NCBI RefSeq assembly: GCF_963921235.1
Contig: NC_086109.1
Coordinates: forward strand, 25,670,001 to 25,734,000
DNA: 64,000 nucleotides
Source: Mobula hypostoma
Taxonomy: Eukaryota
Reading direction: 5' to 3'
Below are positions 1-12,850 of the stretch, piece by piece. How positions within the stretch are numbered: the stretch's first letter is position 1; every line of letters begins with the position of its first letter. Position numbers and translations under genes: made by a program. The notes under the pieces were generated by a model. That model did no database searches. It was not told the DNA's origin and worked only from the letters and a program-made list of their open reading frames with translations.

Positions 1-149
1 AGGACCCATACAGCTTGGCACCGGTGTCGTCACAGAGCAATGTGTGATTAAGTGCCTTGCTCAAGGACACAACATGTTCCCTCGGCTGGGGCTAGAACTC
101 ACGACCTTTGGGTCGCTAGTCCAATGCCTTAACTATTTGGCCATGTGCC
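1..149 (-). mobile_element. tRNA-derived SINE with CORE-like domain (5' part; runs off window start)
   Basis: Reverse strand reads tgggcacaTGGCCAAATAGTTaaggcattggactagcgacccaaaggtcgtGAGTTCTAGCC (pol III A/B boxes), then gtgtccttgagcaaggcacttaa (CORE-like). Same family as 56453-56765. Confidence 0.75.
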
Positions 150-189
150 CACCAAATGTGAGCATAATACAACCTCAAACCATAGGACA

Positions 190-500
190 TGGATCTTCAA
201 TCTACCACTGCTGTGGACAGAGGTCCCACCTACTTCAAAGGGCAGCAATCATAATGGCACCCAGGAAGGGCAGGTTGAGCTGCCTCAAAGCCTATCACAC
301 AATAGCTCTCAAATATACCATAACGAAGTCCTTCAAAAGATTGGTTATGGCTGGAATTAACTCCTGCCTGAGTAAGGACCTGGATTTGTGTAGAGCAGAC
401 ACAATCTCACTTGCTCTCTACTCTTCTTTGGAGCACCGAGACAACCATAAGACATAAATCGGGCCGATCAGCATTCAACACCATCATCCCCTCAGCAGTA
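190..500 (+). mobile_element. Degenerate Rex1/Babar-type LINE RT fragment
   Basis: Translation RAAIIMAPRKGRLSCLKAYHTIAL..KSFKRLVM parallels KATIIPVPRKNNVSCFNDYHPVAL..KCFERLVM at 58.4 kb. Confidence 0.7.
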
Positions 501-667
501 CTAATCATCTTGCCAAATCAATACAGAGGTAGTTTAATTCCCTTAACTGGAGCATAGCAATGACATTGGCACCTACAGCTGCTGCACTATTGCTTGGATT
601 CAGAGCCAGGAAAAGAAAGCTGGTGCTTACGTTCTCCTATGAACACAAAAGAAAAACAGCAAAAAGG

Positions 668-1015
668 GATCAATTCCCGCCTCTGCCTGTAAGGAGTTTG
701 TACGTAAGTCTGTGGGACTAGGCAGAAAATAATGGGACTAAGCAGAAAATGGTTCGGCACAGCCAAGAAGGGCCAAAAGGCCTGTTTCTGTGCTGTAGTT
801 TTTCTATGGTTTCTATGGTTTCTATGGTTATCCCCATGACCGTATGGGTTTCCTCCAGGTGCTCCAGTTTCCTCCCACAGTCTGAAACAGTGCCAGTTGG
901 TTAATTGGTCTTTGTAAATTGTCCCGTGATTAGGCTAGGATTAAATTGAGGGATTACTGGGTGGTGCAGAAGGGCCTATTCCGCACTGTATGTCAATAAA
1001 TGAAATAAGTAAATA
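668..1015 (+). mobile_element. HE1/V-SINE-like SINE, interrupted by a CR1 3' tail (~708-828)
   Basis: V-SINE-like core gggtttcctccaggtgctccagtttcctcccacagtc. The nested segment ends in the CR1-type tail gggccaaaaggcctgtttctgtgctgtag..(ttctatgg)3. Confidence 0.75.
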
Positions 1016-1019
1016 ATCT

Positions 1020-1620
1020 GCCCACACATGGTCTACATCCTTTCATCTCTGTCTGTTCAGAGTTCATCTGAATGCCACTTAAACGTGCTGTCATATCTAT
1101 TTCCACCACTTCCCCGACAGTGCATTCTCTGTGTGTAAAAATATTGCCACGTAAATCTCCCTTAATCTTTCTCTTTAAACTTTCACCTTAAAGCTATGCC
1201 CCCGCAGCTTTTGGCTTTTCCACACTGGGAAAAAGACCCAGACTCTCGACCCTATCCGTGACACTCATAATTTTATATACTTCTATTGGGTTACCCTCTC
1301 AACCTCAGACACTCCAGAGAAAGCTTATCATACTTTTCCTTATACCTAATACTTTCTTATTGGGACAATATCCTGGCAATCTTCTTCTGCATCCTCTCCA
1401 AAGCCTCCACATTCTTCCTGTGATGTGTCAACCAGACCTACACACTGCACTCCAAATCCAGCCAAACCAAAGTTTTCTACCGCTGCAACATGGCATCCCG
1501 ACATTTACTGTATACTCCACCGATAATGGCAGGGATACGTATACCTTCTCTACTACCCTATATACTTTCAGGGGGCTATGGACTTGCATACCGAGATACT
1601 GCAGTACATTAATGCTCCTT
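1020..1620 (-). mobile_element. Old CR1 LINE 3' remnant
   Basis: Antisense similarity to the CR1 ORF2 C-terminus/3'UTR seen in other copies in the window (attttatatacttctatt, ctctccaaagcctccacattcttcctg). Confidence 0.6.
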
Positions 1621-2069
1621 CATAACTTGTGAACGTTCCCACAACCTATGAGTTCCCACTGGTTTCAACAACAGCTTTCATTTATATATCCTCACTAAGT
1701 CATGCCAAGCCACCTTGTAGATACATTACTAGGCTGAAGTTGTTACATCAGTGATTTCCTTAGGTTCACAATGTCCATGCTTTCAGGTTGAACTGGGCTT
1801 ATGTACAACGTGCATTTGTGAAATCGGTTGATACAAAGCGAAGTAATTGTGTGCAGTCCGGAAGTGATATACTGTGATTGTTTTGCAACTGGCACTTTAC
1901 TTTCAGTATTTTTCTCATTTGCTACCCATAACCTCTCACAAGGTCAGTATGCTGATGATCGCTGAACGCTCATATCCCCCATTCGTATACTGTAGGCATC
2001 TGAGGAGCAGTGTTGTGGATCTTCAAGAATTTCCCATTCCTCATTATAGAGCAAAGGGGCATGAGATAT

Positions 2070-2675
2070 CTTTCCCTGCTTTTCCATCTCTCCCATTCCA
2101 GCTTCTCACTTCATCCCCCCTCCTCCACCAATCTACCTTCCCCATCACCTGGCTTCACCTATCAAAGTTCAAAGTAACCGTGACATTCATTTTTGCAGGC
2201 ATTCACGGAAAATATAAGATAGAATTAATGAATGACTGCACCCAATCGGACAGACAAATAATCAATGAGCAATAGACAACAAACTGCAAATACAGAAGGA
2301 AACAAAGAAAGTAATGGATAGATAGGTAGATAGGTAGCTAGATATGCAAGCAAGCAATAGGTATCATAAACATGAGAAAGTGAGTCCATAGTTTGTGGGA
2401 ACAGCTCAGTGATAGGGCAAGCGAAGTTGAATGAAGCTATCCCTCTGGTTCAAGGGCCTGATGGTTGAGGGGTGATAACTGTTCCTGAAACTAGTGGTAT
2501 CACCTTCCAGCTTGTACTCCTTCCTCTCCACCACCATCTTATTCCAGCTCCTTCCCACTTTCTTTCCAGTCCTGATGAAGAGGTTGGCCTGAAACATCGC
2601 CTCTTTATTCCATTACATAGATGCTGCCTAAACTACTGTACTGAGTTCCTAAAACATTTTGTGTGTGTTACTCAG
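2070..2675 (+). mobile_element. PLE 3' tail with decayed hammerhead motif, interrupted by a minus-strand Rex-type 3' end (~2165-2497)
   Basis: Pyrimidine-rich PLE tail plus cagtcCTGATGAagaggttggcctGAAACatc at 2567-2598. The insert is flanked by tatca repeats and matches the reverse complement of the Rex 3' region near 13420-13450. Confidence 0.7.
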
Positions 2676-2987
2676 GGGCTCGCGAGATTGAATAGAAATA
2701 GTGTCACACAGTGCAGAAAATTATTGGGTCATGCAAGCTTATTTCTTGGGAATTATATGTGATGGTCTTTATTACTTGGCTAGTAATCCCTCAGTGAGAG
2801 TTTAAAAGCTACAAAGAGAGTAAAGTTGTGGTCAGGAACCTATAAAGGAGACAAACCCAATGCTACAACATGTTTAATGATGTTGCCTGGACCGAACACC
2901 AGATATCAAGAAGAAGAATGAAGAAGTATTACGGAAGAAACTAAAAGGTAGGCATTCAATCTTGGTTGAAAGTACTAATGTCAACCT

Positions 2988-3870
2988 TAAGTTTAATTGT
3001 CATTCACCAATTCTTAAAAACCCATGAATACAACCAAATGAAACAGTGTTACTCTGAGGCCAAGGTACAAAACATAGTACCAACAGTCATACACAGCACA
3101 GGGCAAATATAGTGCACATAAGATAGCAAGCATATATAAGATAGCAGTAAAATACAGTCACACAAAAAAAATAGTGCAAGTGCCTGAGTCCATGAATGTT
3201 GCAACAGTCTGCTGTTGAATGAACACCGGGAGGCAGCAGCGACTGCAGAATGTTCATTACACAACACCACCTCTGGTACTCCGCTGAGACATCTGACTCC
3301 AAGGCCTCCACCTGGGTGGCTGCAGAAAGGTGACACCACAGCTTGAGGCCCAGTCCTTGCTACAGACGAGGCCACACAGCTCTCTTGCCATTCGCCAAAA
3401 CCCAATGAGTAAGACGTGCAGCATTCCACGTCACCAATGTCTGACAGGGGCTTGCGATCACAAGAAAAGCAACTAAGATGATCACTCACTGTTAGACTGC
3501 ATACCGCTTTCACGCACCAACCCTGATGCAGGCAGCAGCATGGTCCACACCAAATCCAGTTCCTTCAGTTTCTCCACCAATGAGTAACCCGTTGATGGGA
3601 GTAGACCTGCAGTACTTTAAATTTGCAATGCCCAGAAAGATCTTGCAATCGTAAAAAATGTTTAAAAAGGACAATAGCACCCTTTTATTTCGTTGACCCC
3701 AGAGAAGCTGCTGCATCTGAACGCATCACCATCTTACCAGAAGAGTATATCCAACATAATAGTAGTTGTAGAAAATTTTCCTTGGTGGTTTGTGCTGTAC
3801 ATACATTTCTGAAATTCCATTCCACTGAAAAAGCAGAATACAGCACAGCGGCTGCCACACTGCACATATA
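2988..3870 (-). repeat. Unclassified non-autonomous interspersed repeat (LINE-tail-like 3' end)
   Basis: Minus-strand end resembles the retroposon tails elsewhere in the window; no coding motifs; boundaries approximate. Confidence 0.35.
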
Positions 3871-4446
3871 GCACAGGCAACCGACAGCACATTCTTACCC
3901 ATTCAGAGAGGTTTAGAACATAGCGCACTACAGCACAGTACAGACCTTTCAGACGACGATGTTGTGCCAACTTTTTAACCTACTCTGAGATCAGTCAAAT
4001 CCTTCCCTCCTACATAGTACTCCACTTTTTCTCATCCATGTGCCTATCTAGCAGCTTGTTAAATGTCCCTTATGTATCTGCCTCCAACCCTGGCAGTACA
4101 TTCTATGCACACACAACTCTCTGTGTGAAAAACTTACTTTTGACATCCTCCCTATACTTTCTTGAATCACCTTGTAATTATATAACCATGTAACCATATA
4201 ACAATTACAGCACAGAAACAGGCCATTGTGGCCCTTCTAGTCTGTGCTGAACTCTTACTCTCGCCTAGTCCCACCGATCTTCACTCAGCCCATATGTCCT
4301 ATACCTGGGTACGAGACCTGGGTGTCATTATACACCAGTCATTGAAAGTGGGCATGCAGGTACAGCAGGCGGTGAAAAAGGCGAATGGTATGCTGGCATT
4401 TATAGCGAGAGGATTCGAGTACAGGAGCAGGGAGGTACTACTGCAG

Positions 4447-6275
4447 TTGTAAAAGGAAAAGACTGGTAAAGACAAACGTAGGTCCCCTGCAGACAGAAAC
4501 AGGTGAATTGATTATGGGGAGCAAGGACATGGCAGACCAATTGAATAATTACTTTGGTTCTGTTTTCACTAAGGAGGACATAAATAATCTTCCAGAAATA
4601 GTAAGGGACAGAGGGTCCAGTGAGATGGAGGAACTGAGCAAAATACATATTAGTAGGGAAGTGGTGTTAGGTAAATTGAAGGGATTGAAGGCAGATAAAT
4701 CCCCAGGGCCAGATGGTCTGCATCCTAGCGTGCTTAAGGAAGTAGCCCAAGAAATAGTGGATGCATTAGTGATAATTTTTCAAAACTCGTTAGATTCTGG
4801 GCTAGTTCCTGAGGATTGGAGGGTGGCTAATGTTACCCCACTTTTTAAAAAAGGAGGGAGAGAGAAACCGGGGAATTATAGACCGGTTAGCCTAACGTCG
4901 GTGGTGGGGAAACTGCTGGAGTCAGTTATCAAGGATGTGATAACAGCACATTTGGAAAGCGGTGAAATGATCAGACAAAGTCAGCATGGATTTGTGAAAG
5001 GAAAATCATGTCTGACGAATCTCATAGAATTTTTTGAGGATGTAACTAGTAGAGTGGATAGGGGAGAACCAGTGGATGTGGTATATTTGGATTTTCAAAA
5101 GGCTTTTGACAAGGTCCCACACAGGAGATTAGTGTGCAAACTTAAAGCACACGGTATTGGGGGTAAGGTATTGGTGTGGGTGGAGAATTGGTTAGCAGAC
5201 AGGAAGCAAAGAGTGGGAATAAACGGGACCTTTTCAGAATGGCAGGCGGTGACTAGTGGGGTACCGCAAGGCTCAGTGCTGGGACCCCAGTTGTTTACAA
5301 TATATATTAATGACTTGGATGAGGGAATTAAATGCAGCATCTCCAAGTTTGCGAATGACACAAAGCTGGGTGGCAGTGTTAGCAGTGAGGAGGATGCTAA
5401 GAGGATGCAGGGTGACTTGGATAGGTTGGGTGAGTGGGCAAATTCATGGCAGATGCAATTTAATGTGGATAAATGTGAAGTTATCCACTTTGGTGGCAAA
5501 AATAGGAAAACAGATTATTATCTGAATGGTGGCCGATTAGGAAAAGGGGAGGTGCAACGAGACCTGGGTGTCATTATACACCAGTCATTGAAAGTGGGCA
5601 TGCAGGTACAGCAGGCGGTGAAAAAGGCGAATGGTATGCTGGCATTTATAGCGAGAGGATTCGAGTACAGGAGCAGGGAGGTACTACTGCAGTTGTACAA
5701 GGCCTTGGTGAGACCACACCTGGAGTATTGTGTGCAGTTTTGGTCCCCTAATCTGAGGAAAGACATCTTTGCCATAGAGGGAGTACAAAGAAGGTTCACC
5801 AGATTGATTCCTGGGATGGTGGGACTTTCATATGAAGAAAGACTGGATGAATTGGGCTTGTACTCGTTGGAATTTAGAAGATTGAGGGGGGATCTGATTG
5901 AAACGTATAAGATCCTAAAGGGATTGGACAGGCTAGATGCAGGAAGATTGTTCCTGATGTTGGGGAAGTCCAGAACGAGGGGTCACAGTTTGAGGATAGA
6001 GGGGAAGCCTTTTAGGACCAAGATTAGGAAAAACTTCTTCACACAGAGAGTGGTGAATCTGTGGAATTCTCTGCCACAGGAAACTGTTGAGGCCAGTTCA
6101 TTGGCTATATTTAAGAGGGAGTTAGATATGGCCCTTGTGGCTACGGGGATCAGGGGGTATGGAGGGAAGGCTGGGGCGGGGTTCTGAGTTGGATGATCAG
6201 CCATGATCATAATAAATGGCGGTGCAGGCTTGAAGGGCCGAATGGCCTACTCCTGCACCTGTTTTCTATGTTTCT
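4447..6275 (+). mobile_element. Young 5'-truncated CR1 LINE (ORF2 RT domain + 3'UTR)
   Basis: Motifs KSPGPDG, NYRPVSLTS, QHGF, YLDFQKAFDKVPH, GVPQGSVLGP, RDLGV, RPHLEY, TRGH; CR1 tail gggccgaatggcctactcctgcacct..ttctatgtttct. Near-identical to 63362-64000. Confidence 0.97.
4508..6187 (+). pseudogene. CR1 ORF2 reverse transcriptase, 559-aa open remnant; no endonuclease domain, catalytic FADD changed to FAND
   Basis: ORF track 4508..6187 reads ISKFANDTK; the copy at 10565-12001 reads ISKFADDTK. Confidence 0.9.
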
Positions 6276-6721
6276 ATTATATTAGACATTTCTGCCCTGG
6301 GAAAAAGACCACTTGATCTGTACCTCTTGCCATCTTATACACTTCTATCAAGTCATCTCTTGTCCTCCTTTGCTCCATACAGAAAAGCCCAAGCTCACTC
6401 AACCTATCCTCCTAAGACATGCTCTCTAATCCAGGCAGCTTAACCATAACCTTTCCTCATCATTATGTGTATTTCAATGCTCAAGTCATTCGGCTCATCG
6501 TCTTCATTGTATCAAGTCTGGACTATACAAACAACAAGTTCTTGCAGGTTGTATAAGTGAATACTGCTTTGAGTCCAGGACTATCTACTGCTTCAACGCA
6601 CACCATTGTAAACAGCAAAGGAAGCTTTAAAAGACACCAGGGTTTAAATCCATAATCCCCTGTAAACTGAGTGGAAATTAACGGCACGGATGGATCTGGA
6701 GTTATATACATCCATATCTTT

Positions 6722-7035
6722 ATTGAAGATTAAAGATGAGCTTTATTTGTCACGTACATCAAAGCATCGAAACACAGAGAGAAATGCATCATTTGCGACA
6801 ATGACCAACACAGACTGAGGAAGTGCTGGGGCAGCCCGTGAGGGTCGCCATGCTTCTGGCACCAGTATAATATGCCCACAACTTACTGACCCTAATCCAT
6901 ATATCTTCTGCAACGAGTGGGAAAACTGAATCACCCAAAGGAAACCCACGTAGTCACTGGAAGAACATGCAAGCTCCTTACAGCGGCAGGAATTGAACCC
7001 TGATCTTCCGATCTCTGGTGTTACACTACCAGCTA
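6722..7035 (-). mobile_element. HE1/V-SINE-like SINE
   Basis: Antisense core gggaaaactgaatcacccaaaggaaacccacg and antisense B-box ggaattgaaccc. Confidence 0.75.
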
Positions 7036-7582
7036 AGATTTCTTTCCCTGAATTACCTTAATGAACCAGATGAGTTTAAAGTGCTAACATGAAGAAAGAA
7101 AAATGCTTGGATCTACCTGTTATCATTAAATGCAAAACGCAAAATGATGCATCTCACTATACGTTTCAACGTACATGCAACAAATAAAGTTAATCTTACA
7201 ATCTTATCTTCTCTTATCTTTAACATTTAGAAGCTGGATGCTGCCATCTCTGAGAGAGTGGATGCTCTAGGCATCTAACCGTCTTCCACCATACACAAAT
7301 AGATATGACAGGATGGCAGAGCTTTGATCTGACTGGTTGGCTGTAGAACCACTTAGTTTTCCTCCATGCTGTCTCACAACAGGACCTCTCATGAAATAGC
7401 ATAGAGGTACTTGATAGACTATAAGGCAAGATTTTGCCTTATATGATGTTCCAAGCTGAGATTTGATGCTTCTCTCTGGGGAAACTGACACACTGCATCA
7501 TATTCTGCCTCTGGAGTCAACAGAATGAACTTCAAATACAGGGTGTAACATTCTGAGGTTACTCAATGACCATTACAGTCCA

Positions 7583-7795
7583 AGGCTGTGCTGGGCTCAG
7601 CCCACAAGTGTCGCCATGCTTCCACAACTTACTAACCCATATGTCTTTGGAATATGGGAAGAAACTAGGGCACCTGGTGGAAACCCACATGGCCACAGGA
7701 AGAACATAACAACTCCTTACAAACAGTGCCGAGAATCAAATTCTGATTGCCATCGCTGATTCTGTAAAGCATTGTGCTAATATTATGCTAACTTG
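7583..7795 (-). mobile_element. HE1/V-SINE-like SINE fragment
   Basis: gggaagaaactagggcacctggtggaaacccacatggccacaggaagaac..aaactccttac. Confidence 0.7.
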
Positions 7796-9186
7796 TCCAC
7801 TGACATGACTATGGTATGCTAAGTGGAAAAGACAAGGCTGGAGCATTAACATAAATGTTTATCCAGGAATGCCAAGTGTTAATTTCAGATTCCTGAGAAC
7901 TCGTCAATGCAGAAACCAATCTTCAGCATATTTGATTCATTGCATATGGTATCAAAAAAATGATAAAATCACTGAATACCATAAAATACTGTGGGACCAG
8001 ACAACTTTGTAGCTGGGGTAGTGAAAATGTGCACTCCAGAAGCAGCCCATCATTAACCAAGCTGTTCCTATTATTATATTGACATCAACCAACCCATGTG
8101 AGAAATTGCCATGGAACAGTATGCTATTTAAAAAAAACGTTACCATCAAACCTGCCAACAAAGGGGATGCTGTTGTAGTGTGATGGACTGACCTCTACCT
8201 TACTGATGCCAGATGGTGTTTCTCTGACACCCATTAATACCTACCCCTTGAAGAGGACCCCACTCTGGACCATCAGAAAACTGTCTCGAACACCATCACT
8301 GACCCCTTCAACTCTGGAGAACGCTCATCCACTGCCATCAAATTCATAGTTCCCTGCCTGCATTTCTTGCTTCTACCTCCTACCTAAGATCCACAGACCT
8401 GACTGTCCAAGTAGGATCATTGTCTCTGCCTGCTTCTGCCCCACCGAATTCATCTCGTCATACTTCAACTCCAATTCTATCCCCCTTGGTTCAGTCCCTT
8501 CCCACCTACAACTTTGTCATTTCTCATGCTTTTGATCTCCTCACTAACTTTCAATTCCCATTTTTCACCATGGAGCTCTGTTCCCTATAACTTGTATCCC
8601 CCCATCAAGAAGGAATTAAACCTCTCCATTTCTTTCTCAATAAAAGAACCGGCTAGTTCCTCTCCTCCACCACCCTCTTCTGTCTGACAGAACTGGTCCT
8701 CCTCCTCAATAATTTCTCCTTCAGCTTCTCCCACTTTCTCTAGACTTGAGGGGTAGCCATGAGCACCAACATGGGCCCCAGTTATGCCTGGCTTTTCGAT
8801 GGTTACATAGAACAGTACATGTTCCAAGCCTTCTCAGTAATGCTCCCCATTTCTTCTTTCACTACATTGACAATCGCATTGATGCTGTTTCATGCACCCA
8901 TGCTGATCTCGTCAATTTCATCAACTTTGCCTCCATGTTCGACACTGCCCTTAAATTCACCATTTCTAACACCTCCCTCCCCTTTCTCGATCTCTCTGTC
9001 TCCATCTCTGGAGACAAACTGCTGACCAGCATCTTATATAAACCTACTGATTCCCATGGCTATCTTGACTATGCTACTTCTCATCCTGTCTCCTGTAAAA
9101 ATGCTATTACCTTTCCTCTGTTCCTTTACCTCTGCCGCATCTGTTCCCAGAGCGTAGGAGATGTCCTTCTTCTTCAAAGAATGGGG

Positions 9187-9985
9187 TGGAGCTTAGAAGA
9201 CAATGGCACCTAATGGTGACTCCTTTGTTTGCATCTTTGGAACCAGCTCTACCTCTATCTTTAATATCTCTATTTAATCCTTCAGGGTTCTTTTGAAGAC
9301 CCTGACCTTGAGATACACGCTGACTTTGGTTCTTTGCAGGAATGGGACCCGCTCTCAGGGTCTCATGACTGGCCGTTATTCGATATACCAAGGATGCGGC
9401 CTAGAAGATTAGCGCGCCTTTGGAGTTTCGGGATTTGCTGGCTCTGGAGGCGGGCGGACTTGAGGTTGGTGCCTCTGCAGGAGATCATGTGTCGTGGGAG
9501 ACGGAAGTTCTCTGGCTGTGTGCCCAGAGACCTGACTTCTTTGGGCACAGAGCTCAGAAAAAGCAATGCAATGGACTCTCAACATCGTAAATCAGCAAGG
9601 TGTTTGTTATGTCCCCCCTCTCACTGTGAAACGGAGACACCTCTTATTAGGGAGAGAATAAGAGCCTGTGGTATGTCGAATTACCGGTGAATGTATAGTC
9701 TTTGGGATACTGCAAGTCTGTGTCTTTATTGATGCTTTGCTGCACGCTTCAGTGCTTGTTGGAGGGCACTGATGCTTTTTTTGCTGGTGGCGGGAGGGGG
9801 GTTCGTTGCTTTGCTGCTGCTTACACGTGGGAGGGGGGAGCTGGGGGGGGTCTTTGGGGTTCTAGCATCTAACTGTCATTCATTTTTTGAGGCACTCCTC
9901 TGTTTTCAGGGATGGTTGCAAAGGGAAAGCATTTCAGGATGTATATTGTATACATTTCTCTGACATTAAATGTAGCTTTGAAAGT
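9187..9985 (+). repeat. Unclassified ~800-bp non-autonomous element inserted in the PLE
   Basis: PLE sequence breaks after ttcaaagaatgggg and resumes at tcctccaccatt. The insert ends in gcatttcaggatgtatattgtatacatttctctgacattaaatgtagctttg, resembling the Rex-type tail at 13605-13668. Confidence 0.55.
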
Positions 9986-10415
9986 GTCCTCCACCATTGA
10001 AACGGTCCTCACCCACATCTCCTCCATTTTCCAGACATCCGCACTCATCCCATCATCCTGTCACCTTAACAGTGATAGAGTTTCTCTTGTCCTTACCTTT
10101 CACCCTGAGCCTCCACATCCAACACCTTAATCTCTGCAAATTCCACCATCTCCAAAGGAATCGTACCACCAAACACATCTTTATCTCCTCCCCCACCCCC
10201 CCCCAATCTCTGCTTTCCACTTGGAGTGCTTCCTCCATGATTTCCTTGTCCATTCATGAATCTCCCCCCGCAAGTGGCCAAAGTGCTACAGCTGCCCATT
10301 CATTTCCTTCCTCACCTATATTCAGGGTGCCAAAGAGTCCCTCCTGATGAGACAACACCTAACCTGCGAATCTACTCAGGTCATCCACTGTATCCAGTGC
10401 TCCTGATACAGCCTC

Positions 10416-11930
10416 AATAGACAATAGACAATAGGTGCAGGAGTAGGCCATTCAGCCCTTCGAGCCAGCACCGCTATTCGCTGTGATCATGGCTGATCAT
10501 CCACAATCAGTATCCAGTTCCTGCCTTATCCCCATAACCTTTGATTCTGCTATCTTTAAGAGCTCTATCTATCTCTTTCTTGAAAGAATCCAGGAACTTG
10601 GCCTCCACAACCTTCTGGGGCAGAGCATTCCATATATCCACCTTTCTCTGGGTGGAAAAAGTTTTTCCTCAACTCCGTTCTAAATGGCCTACCCCTTATT
10701 CTTAAACTGTGGCCTCTGGTTCTGGACTCACCCATCAGCGGGAACATGCTTCCTGCCTGCAGCGTGTCCAATCCCTTAATAATCTTATATGTTTCAATAA
10801 GGTCCCCTCTCAGCCTTCTAAATTCCAGAGTATACAAGCCCAGTCGCTCCAATCTTTCAACATATGACAGTCCCGCCATCCCAGCAATTAACCTTGTGAA
10901 CCTACGCTGCACTCCCTCAGTAGCAAGAATGCTCTTCCTCAAATTTGGAGACCAAAACTGCACACAGTACTCCAGGTGTGGTCTCACCAGAGCCCTGTAC
11001 AGCTGCAGAAGGACCTCTTTGCTCTTATACTCAATTCCCCTTGTTATGAAGGCCAGCATGCCATTAGCTTTCTTCACTGCCTGCTGTACTTGCATGCTTG
11101 CTTTCAATGACTGATGTACAAGAACACCTAGATCTTGTTGTGCTTCCCCTTTTCCTAACTTGACTCCATTTAGATGATAATCTGCCTTCCTGTTCTTACC
11201 ACCAAAGTGGATAACCTCACATTTATCCACATTAAGCTGCATCTGCCATGCATCCGCCCACTCACCCAGCCTGTCCAAATCACCCTGCATTCTCACAACA
11301 TCCTCCTCACATTTCATATTGCCACCCAGCTTTGTGTCATCTGCAAATTTGCTAATGTTACTTTTGATTCCCTCATCTAAATCTTTAATATATAATGTAA
11401 ACAGCTGCAGTCCCAGCACTGAATCCTGCGGTACCCCACTGGTCACCGCCTGCCATTCCGAAAGGGACCCGTTAATTGCTACTCTTTGTTTTCTGTCAGC
11501 CAGCCAATTTTCAATCCATGTCAGTACTCTGTCCCCAAAACCATGTGCCCTAATTTTGCCCACTAATCTCCAATGTGGGACTTTATCAAAGGCTTTCTGA
11601 AAGTCCAGGTACACTACATCCACTGGCTCTCCCTTGTCCATTTTCATAGTTACATCCCCAAAAAATTCCAGAAGATTAGTCAAGCACGATTTCCCCTTCG
11701 TAAATCCATGCTGACTCAGACCGATCCTGTTACTGCTATCCAGATGTGTCATAATTTCATCTTTTATAATTGACTCCAGCATCTTTCCCATCACTGACGT
11801 CAGGCTAACCAGTCTATAATTCCCTGTTTTCTCTCTTCCTCCCTTCTTGAAGAGAGGGACAACATTAGCCACCCTCCAATCCACAGGAACTGAGCCTGAA
11901 TCTATAGAACATTGGAAAATGATTACCAGG
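10416..11930 (-). mobile_element. 5'-truncated CR1 LINE nested in the PLE GIY-YIG region
   Basis: ORF 10565..12001 with YLDFQKAFDKVPH, GVPQ, FADDTK, RPHLEY; (aatagac)n tail; 5-bp flanking repeat gcctc at 10411-10415 and 11931-11935. Confidence 0.95.
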
Positions 11931-12850
11931 GCCTCCTCTACATTGGTAAGACTCATCATAAATTGTGGGACTCTTTCGTTCAGCACCGCCTGACAGAGCA
12001 TCTACCAAAAGTGGAATTTCCCAGAGGCTCAAGGTTTTAATTCTTATTCCCATTCCTATTTCCATTCCAACACGTCAGTCTTTGGTCTCCTCCTGTGCCA
12101 CTTTGAGATCACCATCAGGGTGGAGGAGCCACAGCTTATATTCCATCTGCGTGGCCTCCAACCTGATGGCATGAATGTCAATTTCTCCTTCTGATTAAAA
12201 AAAATTTCGCTCCCAGTGCCCTGTTCTTCCATTCCCCACTCTGGCCTCTTCCATCTGTTCACCTGCCTATCACCTACCCCAATTGTCTTCTTCCTTCCCT
12301 TTCTCCCATCGTCCATTTTCGTCTCCTATCACATTCCTTCATCTCTGGTGTGTTTACCTTTCCCACCCACCTGGCTTCATCTATCACCTTCTAGCTCTTC
12401 TTCTTCCCATTCCCCTCCTTCTTGTTCTGCCATCTTCCTCTTCCCTTCCAGTCCTGAAAAAGAGGAACTCAGCCCTAAGCATTGACTGTTCACTTCCGTG
12501 AAAGCTGCCTGATCTGCTGAGTTCTTCCAGCATTTTATGTGTGTTGCAGGGAAAATTCAATTGAGTTAATTAGTGCTCAATCAACCAATATTGAATCGTG
12601 AGCAAAATGAAGGAGGATATTGATTACAATGCAAACAGGTGGCACCTATTCTCCAATAACCTGACTATCGATGCCCAGTTTAGACATTGCCAGGAACACT
12701 CTGCACCAGATTTCATCACAGTCAGGGACCAAAGAGCTGAATTCCAGATATGAGGTTTCTCTGTTGTCTGTTCTTGACATCAAGGCAGCATTTTATTAAG
12801 TATGACAATCAAGGAACTTCACAGATACTGCACAAAGGAGTTAACACCAT

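Larger units (their letters stand above)
3913..6440 (-). mobile_element. Old CR1 3' end (3913-4176, resuming 6283-6440) split by a younger composite insertion
   Basis: Starts tagaacatagcgcactacagcacagtacag (antisense CR1 tail) and resumes after 6283 with gacatttctgccctgggaaaaag...aacctatcctcctaagacatgctctctaatccaggcagc. Confidence 0.7.
8147..12548 (+). mobile_element. Degenerate Penelope-like element (RT + GIY-YIG), interrupted by two insertions
   Basis: ikpankGdavVv, LYLLPKIH-like, GVAMSTNMGPSYA, YIDN, FLDL, YKPTDSHGYLDY; zinc/GIY-YIG region split at 10415/11936; PLE tail with decayed hammerhead at 12450-12488. Confidence 0.88.

Noticed and set aside
1..149. tRNA gene (also 14981-15050 and 56690-56760)
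   Set aside because: A/B boxes run into SINE core and tail sequence; no complete cloverleaf.
5095..5799. Antisense ORFs over the CR1 RT (also 10746-11600, 25292-25681, 61531-63211)
   Set aside because: Shadow frames on the opposite strand of LINE coding sequence; no independent gene signals.
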